Made by a program: the position numbers and the translations under genes
Notes under the pieces: generated by a model
Database searches by the model: none
Seen by the model: the letters and a program-made list of their open reading frames with translations, nothing else
Told to the model about the DNA's origin: nothing
Shown: positions 1 to 8,150 of the stretch, in pieces
Numbering within the stretch: position 1 is the first letter of the stretch
Layout: each line of letters begins with the position of its first letter
IMG/VR virus record: IMGVR_UViG_3300024503_000485
Span: 62,001 to 126,000 of that record
Direction: 5' to 3' (one strand)
Length of the DNA: 64,000 nucleotides

Positions 1-557
1 CTTGTTTTTGCGATACGGAAATCTACACCGCGGAGGTAATCAGTTGGTAGTTCTTCCAACTCTGGGTCCATTAGTGCTGAACGAATGATTTGATAGATTT
101 GAGGACCGATGATGAATCTGCGAATTGGATTCTCTGGTGTTTTTTCTTCTTTGAGAGCATCTTCAACAACAAAGCCTTGGAAGATATATGAACGCTTTTT
201 CCAATATTTACGACCCATATCCTCTAATGATTTGTCTTTAAACCAACCACGCACTTCTGAAAGGATTGGACATACGGAACCATCGTTATACATTTCAACA
301 CAGGGAACCTGTACTTGAACTTTACGTGAATCGGTTTCGCCTTTAATTCCTGCGAATTCCAATTTGATCATTGCACGTTCAACCCAGAAAAATGTGTTGT
401 TAGAATTGCCATCTGGTAGGAAACGAACTACGGCTTCCTTGCCTTCTTGCATGTTCCAATGTGGGTAAATTGCGTTGTCGCCGCCGCTTGATGTTTGTCC
501 TGTGGACTTTGATTGTGCTTCTTGAAGTTTAGCACGAATTTCTGCTAATGTTGCCAT
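1..557 (-). CDS. gp32: Single-stranded DNA-binding protein, T4 gp32-like (5' part; runs off the window start; missing from ORF track)
   Basis: Manual translation from ATG at 557: MATLAEIRAKLQ...AVVRFLPDGNSNNTFFW...VPCVEMY...CPILSEVRGWFKD...RKYWKKRSYIFQGFVVED..PENPIRRFIIGPQIYQII; gp32-type motifs; AGGAGG SD upstream. Confidence 0.9.
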   Translation of the reverse strand, partial: MATLAEIRAKLQEAQSKSTGQTSSGGDNAIYPHWNMQEGKEAVVRFLPDGNSNNTFFWVERAMIKLEFAGIKGETDSRKVQVQVPCVEMYNDGSVCPILSEVRGWFKDKSLEDMGRKYWKKRSYIFQGFVVEDALKEEKTPENPIRRFIIGPQIYQIIRSALMDPELEELPTDYLRGVDFRIAKT

Positions 558-614
558 TTTATAGCCTCCTTATGCCTTTAATGTAAATGACTTTATGCCT
601 ATCGCATAACAACT

Positions 615-643
615 ATTATGCGCTTTTTATTTAGCAAGATCAA
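615..643 (-). promoter_or_regulatory. Sigma70-like promoter TTGATC-N17-CATAAT with an embedded late-type TAAATA, upstream of gp32
   Basis: Minus strand TTGATC (643-638), 17 nt, CATAAT (620-615); TAAATA at 633-628. Confidence 0.55.
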
Positions 644-682
644 GTCCTTTCTAAAAATTTATTTCACCAAAAAAAATCCACT

Positions 683-1087
683 CTATGAGTGGATTTGGTG
701 ATAACGAATCATAGCCGCTGTTCTTGCTAAAAATAATTTCCACCGGATTTCTTCAGTAATTAAACCTTCAGGATCATCCGGTGTTGGGTCTGTTTGAATT
801 CTTTGTAGATCTTTTCTTCGATAAGATGTAATGATATCGTCAACTTCAATAATGTTATCTTCGCTGTCATCTGCAAATAAAACAATTTTGTGAGGATTGC
901 CTGTAAAAATTTTAGGTTTTTGTATTTTGATAGATCTTGCAAGGACCGGTCCTTTTTTGATCGCAATCTGAGCTGGTGACTCTATAGTTGTAGGTCTCCC
1001 AAAGAGTTCTTTCCCATTGAGACTCGTATTTGCCTGGCTTGTCCCAATTAAACTCATCGCAGCTAAGATTACTGCTAACCTTTTCAT
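683..1087 (-). CDS. Hypothetical protein with N-terminal signal peptide
   Basis: MKRLAVILAAMSLIGTSQA signal-like N-terminus; GAGGA SD upstream. Confidence 0.7.
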   Translation of the reverse strand: MKRLAVILAAMSLIGTSQANTSLNGKELFGRPTTIESPAQIAIKKGPVLARSIKIQKPKIFTGNPHKIVLFADDSEDNIIEVDDIITSYRRKDLQRIQTDPTPDDPEGLITEEIRWKLFLARTAAMIRYHQIHS

Positions 1088-1105
1088 TTCTAGTCCTCAT
1101 TAACA

Positions 1106-1402
1106 TTATTGACAAGTCCTTGTAAGTGTTACACTACCGTCTGGATTGCGCACTTCAGTCCAAGGACTACATACTTGTTGTTGCGTATAAACGGGCGGTT
1201 GTTGAATAACCGCTGGCGGTTGTTGAACAACTACAGGACGAGTTGCGGCATATACCACAGCACCTCCAACTACAGCTGGAACTACCCAATTCCAACCTCT
1301 CCCATGATGCATATGGTGTCCGCCATGATAGCCATGATGTGGACCTGCTTGCGCACCAAAAGCAGATAAACCAATTAAACCTGCAATTAAGAGTTTTTTC
1401 AT
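1106..1402 (-). CDS. Small secreted/membrane His-Gly-rich, Pro/Val/Gln-rich protein
   Basis: Start reassigned to MKKLLIAG (ATG 1402, AAGGAGG SD); signal peptide ending AQA, HHGYHGGHH tract, hydrophobic segment, C-terminal Cys pair. Confidence 0.75.
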   Translation of the reverse strand: MKKLLIAGLIGLSAFGAQAGPHHGYHGGHHMHHGRGWNWVVPAVVGGAVVYAATRPVVVQQPPAVIQQPPVYTQQQVCSPWTEVRNPDGSVTLTRTCQ

Positions 1403-1424
1403 AAAACCCTCCTTGATATTATAG

Positions 1425-1452
1425 TAACGCCCCAATGCCAACTTTCGTTGAC
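1425..1452 (-). promoter_or_regulatory. ECF-sigma-like promoter motif GTCAACG-N15-GCGTTA (copy 1), overlapping a GAAA-loop hairpin
   Basis: Identical motif and spacing to the copy at 1691-1718. Confidence 0.5.
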
Positions 1453-1467
1453 AAGGGGCAACTAAAA

Positions 1468-1641
1468 TTACTTCTTAGCTTCTTCTTTCTTAGCAGGAGC
1501 TTTTGGAGCTTCCTTAGCAGCAGGTGCTGGCGCAGATGCAGCTGGTTTGGCTTCTGCTTTCTTTTCTTCTTTCTTAGGTGCATCTGCAGCGAAAGCGGAT
1601 ACTGCAAATAATGATGCTACTAAAGTTGCTACTAGTTTCAT
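1468..1641 (-). CDS. Small secreted Lys/Ala/Pro-rich low-complexity protein (57 aa)
   Basis: Start at MKLVATL (ATG 1641, AAGGA SD); signal peptide ending AFA, then a KEAP/AAK-rich tail. Confidence 0.75.
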   Translation of the reverse strand: MKLVATLVASLFAVSAFAADAPKKEEKKAEAKPAASAPAPAAKEAPKAPAKKEEAKK

Positions 1642-1690
1642 AGTAATTTCCTTTTTAAAAGCACAGACAATCAGTGCCTGTGTAATATTA

Positions 1691-1718
1691 TAACGCATTA
1701 ATAGGACCGAACGTTGAC
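1691..1718 (-). promoter_or_regulatory. ECF-sigma-like promoter motif GTCAACG-N15-GCGTTA (copy 2)
   Basis: Same bipartite motif and 15-nt spacer as 1425-1452. Confidence 0.5.
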
Positions 1719-1742
1719 TAAAAAGTTTAAATTATTTTGCCC

Positions 1743-1767
1743 AAAAGAAAGGGCACCTAAGTGCCCT
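1743..1767 (-). terminator. Intrinsic terminator
   Basis: AGGGCAC-loop-GTGCCCT hairpin followed by TTCTTTT on minus strand, just after stop at 1789. Confidence 0.8.
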
Positions 1768-1788
1768 AACTATTGTATTTTCTTTTTA

Positions 1789-3504
1789 TTATAGGCCTGC
1801 TAATTCTCTAACTCTTGCCAATTCTGCTAATTCAGGATTTTGTTCTGTTGATTGTTGTGGTGCCATTCTTTCTACAAATTTACGAGCAACTTGTTCTGCC
1901 TGCTCACCAAACTTCTTGCCTACCATTGTGCAAACACCCTCTGGGCCTTTAGGGAATGTATTAGATTCCTTATCATAGAAACTTGTGATAAACTCTGCAA
2001 GTTCTTGAACATTAATTGCTGTACGCTCTTTTCCTTGCTCATTGTCGTCACTGGCCATTTGAGGTTCGTCTTCGGGTGCTTCTTCGCCTCCTGCTTCGGG
2101 TTCTTCTTCTGAGTAGTCACCAAAATCTAATTGGCCGACTACATCTGGTGCGTTTTGTTCTAACCAATCTTTAACCAACCCTCTGCAACATGCCTCTGGA
2201 TCTTCTTTTGCCTTATCTTTAATGGCTTGGTCAAGTTTAGGATCTTCAATGATGCCTTTTAAACTTTCAATGGCATTGCTACCATCTACACCTGCTGGAA
2301 AATGTTGTCCAACTAATTCTTGTAATTCTTTAATCGCTGCGTCTTTTTGATCGGGATCTTGAATAGGGCTTGCTTCACCTAATTGATAAACCCAGTTTTC
2401 AAATTTTTCAAATGGATCATAATTTTCCATTTCAAATGTTTCTTCTTCGACAGCGGCATTGTTGGTCATTGCGACTATGTCGTCGTAGCCTATCGTGTTT
2501 CCTTCTTTCATTAGTCTATATAAGACCGGAAATACATTAGCAATGTCTTCTTTAAAATTTCTAACGGTAAATTTTTCTTTAAAATCTTCTACAACGTCTT
2601 GTGGTATTTCTTCACTATCGTATGCCTGGAAATTTTCTCTATATGCTTCGTAATGACTTTGTTTAGATAGTGCCTTAATTTGTTCACGTAGTCTATTTAG
2701 AGCCTCTCCGCTTCTTTCAACAATATTGTTTGTATCTGAATTCATTAAATCATTACGAACAACATAGTTGCTAAAACTTTTTAGTTGAGCAATTTCTTCG
2801 CTCATTTGTACAATTGATTTACCAATATCGTCGTATGGTACACCGCCATTAGCCACGTGACGTTGCATAGCACGAGCTCCTGCTAAATGAATGAAAGGAT
2901 ATTTAAATCTTTCACCGTCTTGGTTTTCAACAAATAATGCTGAAATATTACGTGTTCTAGCACCTGGTGCTTGATCGTCTGTTAATGCTTGACTATGTTT
3001 AATAATCAAACGTGTATCCATTAGTTTTTGATAGCTTACGGTCTTAGATCCGTACATTGTGCTTTCAGTAACATTCATTGTGCTTTCTCCGACTGGTGTT
3101 GGTTGTGTTGTAACCGCAGGTTCTGGTGAATTATGGCGGCTTAAAAATGCATAATCTCGTTTATCTAAATTGTCTTTAGTAATGTCACGAGTATCAAACG
3201 CCATTAACCTACGTTTAGCAAATAATCTTAATTCTCTTAAAAATCCAAACCAATTCTTCTTTTGAAGATCGTTCATTGATTCAGTAATTCCTGTACTGAA
3301 ATATACCTTCATAGAGTTTGGTTCAGCTAGGCTGATGCTAACATGGCCTACAGGTGTTTCACCTTCCATGTAATCAAAATCAAAAAATCTTGCTTCTTCT
3401 GGGTTTATTGTAATTTCGCTGGTTTCTGAACCTAGCTTTAACCCTTTAAAGCGGCTTCTAATTTTATAAAATAAATCTGTAGCAATATTGTTTGTAGCGT
3501 CCAT
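1789..3504 (-). CDS. Hypothetical protein, probable internal head/core protein (acidic C-terminal part)
   Basis: Long ORF; start reassigned to MDATNN (TAAATA 4 nt upstream); ends ELARVRELAGL like the scaffold C-terminus. Confidence 0.7.
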   Translation of the reverse strand: MDATNNIATDLFYKIRSRFKGLKLGSETSEITINPEEARFFDFDYMEGETPVGHVSISLAEPNSMKVYFSTGITESMNDLQKKNWFGFLRELRLFAKRRLMAFDTRDITKDNLDKRDYAFLSRHNSPEPAVTTQPTPVGESTMNVTESTMYGSKTVSYQKLMDTRLIIKHSQALTDDQAPGARTRNISALFVENQDGERFKYPFIHLAGARAMQRHVANGGVPYDDIGKSIVQMSEEIAQLKSFSNYVVRNDLMNSDTNNIVERSGEALNRLREQIKALSKQSHYEAYRENFQAYDSEEIPQDVVEDFKEKFTVRNFKEDIANVFPVLYRLMKEGNTIGYDDIVAMTNNAAVEEETFEMENYDPFEKFENWVYQLGEASPIQDPDQKDAAIKELQELVGQHFPAGVDGSNAIESLKGIIEDPKLDQAIKDKAKEDPEACCRGLVKDWLEQNAPDVVGQLDFGDYSEEEPEAGGEEAPEDEPQMASDDNEQGKERTAINVQELAEFITSFYDKESNTFPKGPEGVCTMVGKKFGEQAEQVARKFVERMAPQQSTEQNPELAELARVRELAGL

Positions 3505-3514
3505 TCTGTATTTA

Positions 3515-5101
3515 TCACATAAAGCCCGATACAAAGATCGGCATAGGCATTTGGTCTTCTGATAATTTATCAGTCATTTTTTCGTATACTTTAGGGTCCC
3601 AGTCCGCTAGTATGCTAGACATGCGAATTATTAACAATAATGCAGCCACTAAGTCGTCGTGTTCCCCAGATTTAGCTTTAAATCCAATTCCAGTAGCAAC
3701 GAATGTTTTTAACTCTGAAATTAAAGGTTTTGAACATAACTTCATTTTATGAGTTTCAATCATGTGTTTAAGTTGGCTACATGCAGAAATTTTTGTCTTA
3801 TGTGTAGTATTAAACCCTTTGCGGAATTTACGCACATGTCCTTTACGTATAGGCTCACTCAAGAATAATCCGGGGAAATTTTCCTCGCCAATATTTTGAA
3901 TACAAATTAAAGCAGCTTCACCTAAAGTGTTATTTTCAACACTATAATAAATTTGAGGATGACCGCCTTTTAATTCTCCCTGATCCTGGATATAAGAACA
4001 AATTTCTCTTAATATTTTTACTTGACTTTGTACTGGAGTTAAATTATGATACCATTCTGCTACTTGATCCATATGGGGCATTTCAAATACTTGAATAGCA
4101 CCATTGTCACCGCCTGTTCCTAAACTAGGATCTAATGCTACAAGATATGTTGCTTGCGGATTAATCTCTTTGTACCATCGTGTTTGTCCCATAGATAACA
4201 TAGGCTCAGTACCTTTTAATTCAGCAAGTTTAACTGAGTTAATTAACGTTTCGTCAAAGATCAAGAATTCACATTCAAATTCACGACGGAAACGTTCTTC
4301 TCCAATTTTTGCACGTTCTAATCTTGCCCATTCGTCATCTCGGTCTGGATGTTCGCTCCAGTGGGCAAAATAACTATGAAATCCGTTAACTCCTAATTTT
4401 TGTTCATTGCCAAATTCGTCAAATCTTTTGTTTGCTTCGGTCCAAATTAACGCAAACTGATCTTCGTCTGAGTTAGGTGTTGATGTAATGATACACTTAC
4501 CGCCTGTTGCTAGTGTAGGCGATAGGGCAGTCCAGAATTCTTTAGCTTTCTCGGGAGGTTGCACAAACGCAAACTCATCACAATAAATCAATGATAGAGA
4601 TTTACCACGACCAGTATTTTCTGTAGTTGTGGTTGCTTGTATACGAGCACCGTTATCGTATTCGATTGTATTTCTATTGTATGAATAAACACCTGCACGT
4701 ATAAAATCTGGAAGGTTTTCGTAACCATAACGGTAACGATCCATAATATCTTTTGCACCTTCGTATTTGTGTGCGGCAATAAGAACTTGACAATCAGGTA
4801 CAAACATTGTGTACCAGAGTAAGTAAGCAACGGCACATGTGGTCTTACCCATCTGACGAGGCAACATAGCAATACATTGTTTGTTGCCGTGATAGGCTTC
4901 AATTAACCGTTCTTGGTATTCGTACGGTTCAAAGGGAATACTACCTCGAACAGGATGTTGAATTTTAATAAAATTTTTAGCGAAATAAAGAGGACCTGTA
5001 ACAGGATCCATACACGCTTCGAGATGTTTAACTTCTTCAAGTGTGTATCGTTGCTGTTTATGCGCCTTCTTAATTAATACGCCATCTAATGATTTTGCCA
5101 T
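3515..5101 (-). CDS. gp17: Terminase large subunit (T4 gp17-like)
   Basis: YQ adenine-binding motif, Walker A PRQMGKT, Walker B LIYCDE, ITSTP motif III, nuclease ALD...HDDLV. Confidence 0.95.
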   Translation of the reverse strand: MAKSLDGVLIKKAHKQQRYTLEEVKHLEACMDPVTGPLYFAKNFIKIQHPVRGSIPFEPYEYQERLIEAYHGNKQCIAMLPRQMGKTTCAVAYLLWYTMFVPDCQVLIAAHKYEGAKDIMDRYRYGYENLPDFIRAGVYSYNRNTIEYDNGARIQATTTTENTGRGKSLSLIYCDEFAFVQPPEKAKEFWTALSPTLATGGKCIITSTPNSDEDQFALIWTEANKRFDEFGNEQKLGVNGFHSYFAHWSEHPDRDDEWARLERAKIGEERFRREFECEFLIFDETLINSVKLAELKGTEPMLSMGQTRWYKEINPQATYLVALDPSLGTGGDNGAIQVFEMPHMDQVAEWYHNLTPVQSQVKILREICSYIQDQGELKGGHPQIYYSVENNTLGEAALICIQNIGEENFPGLFLSEPIRKGHVRKFRKGFNTTHKTKISACSQLKHMIETHKMKLCSKPLISELKTFVATGIGFKAKSGEHDDLVAALLLIIRMSSILADWDPKVYEKMTDKLSEDQMPMPIFVSGFM

Positions 5102-5115
5102 ACTATTATTTACTG

Positions 5116-5143
5116 AAAAAAATAGGGCCTTGCGGCCCTATTT
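5116..5143 (-). terminator. Intrinsic terminator
   Basis: AAATAGGGCC-GCAA-GGCCCTATTT hairpin plus U tract on minus strand. Confidence 0.85.
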
Positions 5144-5158
5144 GACTATATTTGTAGA

Positions 5159-5515
5159 TTAAGCAACGGTAAAACTTGTACCTAATGTAACGTCAGTTCC
5201 ACGAACATCGACGCCGTTTGCACCTACTGAAGAACCCAAATTACGAATTCTAGTTTGTAGTTCGCTAGCATCGTTGATGTTTTTATCCATTACAACATAA
5301 ATTAACCCTGTAGCAGCATCTACGGTAAAGTAAGCCATAGGATTTAATTCTTTAACAATAACTTCTACTACTTCGTCAACTGCGTCATCTTCTGCGCGAA
5401 GATCAATGTTAGAGTTGCTGTTATTTTGAACTTGAATCTTAAACAAGTTGCAATTAGGAGAATACAATGTACCTACGGTTGCCTGTAAGCCATTAGTTCT
5501 TGTTACGCTTGCCAT
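5159..5515 (-). CDS. Hypothetical protein, possibly virion/head-associated
   Basis: 118 aa ORF coupled by TAATG overlap, followed by strong terminator. Confidence 0.6.
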   Translation of the reverse strand: MASVTRTNGLQATVGTLYSPNCNLFKIQVQNNSNSNIDLRAEDDAVDEVVEVIVKELNPMAYFTVDAATGLIYVVMDKNINDASELQTRIRNLGSSVGANGVDVRGTDVTLGTSFTVA

Positions 5516-6255
5516 TATTTCGCTCCTTTAGCTTCTGCTAATCGTTGCATTAGTTCTGCACGAATTTGAGATCTTAAATCGCCCTCAAATTTTTGTTTTT
5601 GCATTGGGTTATCGCCACCAGCAACTTTAGGATATGTTCCTTTTGATTTGTTTAAATCGTTGCCGTCGTGTGTTGAAAATGATGCATCTTTAGTTTCTGG
5701 CTCTGAACTTCCAACTGAATTACCAAATGCCTCATCTTCTTTATCTTCGTCGTCGTCTTTTTCTTCTTTGTCGTCCATTTCTTCTGGTTCAGGTTTTTCG
5801 CCTTCTGGACCTTCATGTTCAGGACTACCGTCTGGGCCGGGACCTTCTTTTTCTTTATCACCGTCAATATCGATATCGATAACTTTTGGTTCGTCACCAC
5901 CGCCGCCAAGGCCAGGTAATCCCGGAGGATTCATTTTGTCATCACCTGGTTTATCAAAGTCAGGTAACATTTTTAGTGGGGGTAATTCTGGTTTAATGCT
6001 AGCGATAGAAGGACCTGGAGGTGTTAAAGATGGTAAAGTTGGATCTGATTTAATTGTATCAGGATTGACTTTAGTAATTAACTTTAATAAGTCCTCAATA
6101 TTATCCATGCCTTGAGCATTTAGGTTAACACTCATGCTTGGAGGTGTCGTTGGAGGAGTTTGCATTGCTGGAGCAGGCATGTTCATTGGCTCACCGCACT
6201 CTTCAACTGGCCTGTCTAATTCTTGCATTTTTGTTAGCAATTCATGAAAATTCAT
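5515..6255 (-). CDS. Acidic Pro-rich disordered protein, possible prohead core/internal protein
   Basis: D/E/P-rich low complexity; located between TerS and TerL. Confidence 0.55.
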   Translation of the reverse strand: MNFHELLTKMQELDRPVEECGEPMNMPAPAMQTPPTTPPSMSVNLNAQGMDNIEDLLKLITKVNPDTIKSDPTLPSLTPPGPSIASIKPELPPLKMLPDFDKPGDDKMNPPGLPGLGGGGDEPKVIDIDIDGDKEKEGPGPDGSPEHEGPEGEKPEPEEMDDKEEKDDDEDKEDEAFGNSVGSSEPETKDASFSTHDGNDLNKSKGTYPKVAGGDNPMQKQKFEGDLRSQIRAELMQRLAEAKGAK

Positions 6256-6258
6256 TTT

Positions 6259-6843
6259 TTATCCTTTGACTGGGTTAGGGTTATCAACTTTACTCATAGG
6301 TGAGCTTGCACCCGCCTTGTCTTGTTTAAATTTAGGTAATTTGTATTCGACCTGTGTGCCGTTTTCTTTCTTTCTAGTCTTTGATGTTTTTTCTAGATCT
6401 TTTAAAAATCCTTTATTAAAATCATCACCGAAATAATCTTTAACCTTAATCTTGTCGTTTGACAATACTGGTTCTTCTAAAACAGCTTTACCACTTGGCT
6501 CAGAGTCAACAAATACTATGTCTGCTTCGTGAGAATCACCGCCGTTTCTAATACGGAAATGGCTCTCCGGTACAAAGTACTTGACATGTTCTGCAATTTC
6601 TGGTGCAGTAATAGGATATTCACAAACAACTTCAAATGTATGAACTTCCACATTACTTAATTCTGGAAAATCAATGGGTGATGCTTGTATAGGAGTTTTT
6701 GATTTTTCTACAATAGTAGGATTTGTTGCTCCCAAGCATTCTTTGAAATTTTTCTCAAAATTTTCAGGCAGTTCGCCAGCTACCCTTACTTTAAAAGGGT
6801 ACGATTTTTTGCTTTCAGCAAGGTATTCTCTAAAAGTCTTCAT
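6259..6843 (-). CDS. Hypothetical protein with capsid-targeting-like N-terminus
   Basis: N-terminus MKTFREYLAE resembles T4 internal protein CTS MKTYQEFIAE. Confidence 0.6.
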   Translation of the reverse strand: MKTFREYLAESKKSYPFKVRVAGELPENFEKNFKECLGATNPTIVEKSKTPIQASPIDFPELSNVEVHTFEVVCEYPITAPEIAEHVKYFVPESHFRIRNGGDSHEADIVFVDSEPSGKAVLEEPVLSNDKIKVKDYFGDDFNKGFLKDLEKTSKTRKKENGTQVEYKLPKFKQDKAGASSPMSKVDNPNPVKG

Positions 6844-6851
6844 AACTATAT

Positions 6852-7334
6852 TTATTCCTTTTGACCCAATTTCTTAAGAAGATCGTTGCGGTCTGTAATG
6901 ATGTAGCCCTGGCCTTGTAACACATCGTTTGGATCTTCGTTATTATCTTTATCAATCTTATACTTCTTAAGTTGAAGATCAATTGCTTTTAATTTTTTAT
7001 CAATTTTAGCAGTTTTAGCGTTAATAGCATTGCCCATCATGCTTGCTGCTACTTCAAAAATACGGCCGCTGTATCGTACTTCTACATTCATGCCCAAATC
7101 CATTAAATCGTCGTAGGCATCTTCTGCTTTCTTTGCTAGATTGTCAAGTTCTTTATCGTCTAATTCTTCTAACTCTTTGATAACAGGTAACCCTTTGGTT
7201 ATTTCTGCTACTGCTTTATAGCTATCTTCAAGAGAATTAACTTGTTCGTGCGAAACAACAGGAGCAGATTCTTCTGTTTTTTTCTCTGGTTCGGCAGAGT
7301 CTAAATTAAAAAGTTCTTCAAGTTTTTTGGTCAT
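6852..7334 (-). CDS. gp16: Terminase small subunit (T4 gp16-like)
   Basis: 160 aa helical protein with gp16-like RIFEVAASMM..AINAK segment and C-terminal RNDLLKKL; near TerL. Confidence 0.65.
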   Translation of the reverse strand: MTKKLEELFNLDSAEPEKKTEESAPVVSHEQVNSLEDSYKAVAEITKGLPVIKELEELDDKELDNLAKKAEDAYDDLMDLGMNVEVRYSGRIFEVAASMMGNAINAKTAKIDKKLKAIDLQLKKYKIDKDNNEDPNDVLQGQGYIITDRNDLLKKLGQKE

Positions 7335-7341
7335 ATATTAC

Positions 7342-7782
7342 TTATCTACGTTTTTTACCTTGATGAAAAATATCGCCTTCGTTTACAATACGAAATCTTA
7401 CACCTTGCTGTTTACACCACTTACTAGCAGCTTCCCATTTGGCCATATTTTTTACATATTGTTCCTGGTTATAAAGACTTTTTCCAACACTTTCTAATTT
7501 AGTTTGACTTTCCGGTTTTACTTCTACAACTTCTGCATGTTTATTTCCGTTCTTATCAACATAGACAATAAAAAAATCTGGGACATACACGGTATATTTT
7601 CCTGTTAAAGGATCTCGATAAGGTATTTGTATACTTTCGCTAGCCCAATTTTGAACGCCCTGATGTTCATCAAGCATTCTCATAAAAATAAATTCCCAGC
7701 TACTACGAGCTAACGGTGTTTTTTTCCCAACGTATTTGTCGGGATTTTTCATCTCAAACCTTCCTGATGCAAATTTAGGCAT
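7342..7782 (-). CDS. gp4: Head completion nuclease (T4 gp4-like, TnsA-type PD-(D/E)xK)
   Basis: KNPDKYVG, RSSWE, WASE, YVPDF, VEVKP, KWEAA motifs. Confidence 0.9.
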   Translation of the reverse strand: MPKFASGRFEMKNPDKYVGKKTPLARSSWEFIFMRMLDEHQGVQNWASESIQIPYRDPLTGKYTVYVPDFFIVYVDKNGNKHAEVVEVKPESQTKLESVGKSLYNQEQYVKNMAKWEAASKWCKQQGVRFRIVNEGDIFHQGKKRR

Positions 7783-8150
7783 TACGGTGATATATTTCTA
7801 AGAATTTCGGCTTTACTAATAGATAATGATCTATAGCCTAGTGTAGATGTTGATCGTCTATTATTATTCAATATTTCGCTTACGACAGCACTTAGCTCAA
7901 CACCATCAAAAGTTTTTAATGTATCTAATAATTTAAAAACAGAAACTCCATCTATTTTAGCTTGGTTTAATAATGTGTATGCTGTGGCGGTGCCCGCTTG
8001 GCCAGAAAATCCTTTTGACTCAAAAAAACCAATTGCTGCTGATACTTCGTTTGCAGAAAATTCTAAAGGACTGATTCCATACTGATCAAAAAATAATTTA
8101 GTAGCTTCTGCGCTATCTTCGATTATAGGTGCTGGTAGATTAGTTGACAT
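7782..8150 (-). CDS. Hypothetical protein (tail/baseplate region)
   Basis: 122 aa ORF with TAATG overlaps on both sides. Confidence 0.6.
   Translation of the reverse strand: MSTNLPAPIIEDSAEATKLFFDQYGISPLEFSANEVSAAIGFFESKGFSGQAGTATAYTLLNQAKIDGVSVFKLLDTLKTFDGVELSAVVSEILNNNRRSTSTLGYRSLSISKAEILRNISP

Noticed and set aside
3515-5101. Intron or intein in terminase (also checked portal and MCP)
   Set aside because: ORFs are continuous, of normal length, with motifs in expected order and no intein signatures.
7342-7782. TnsA-like transposase suggesting a mobile element
   Set aside because: Motifs and context match the T4 gp4 head completion nuclease; no transposon ends or partner genes.
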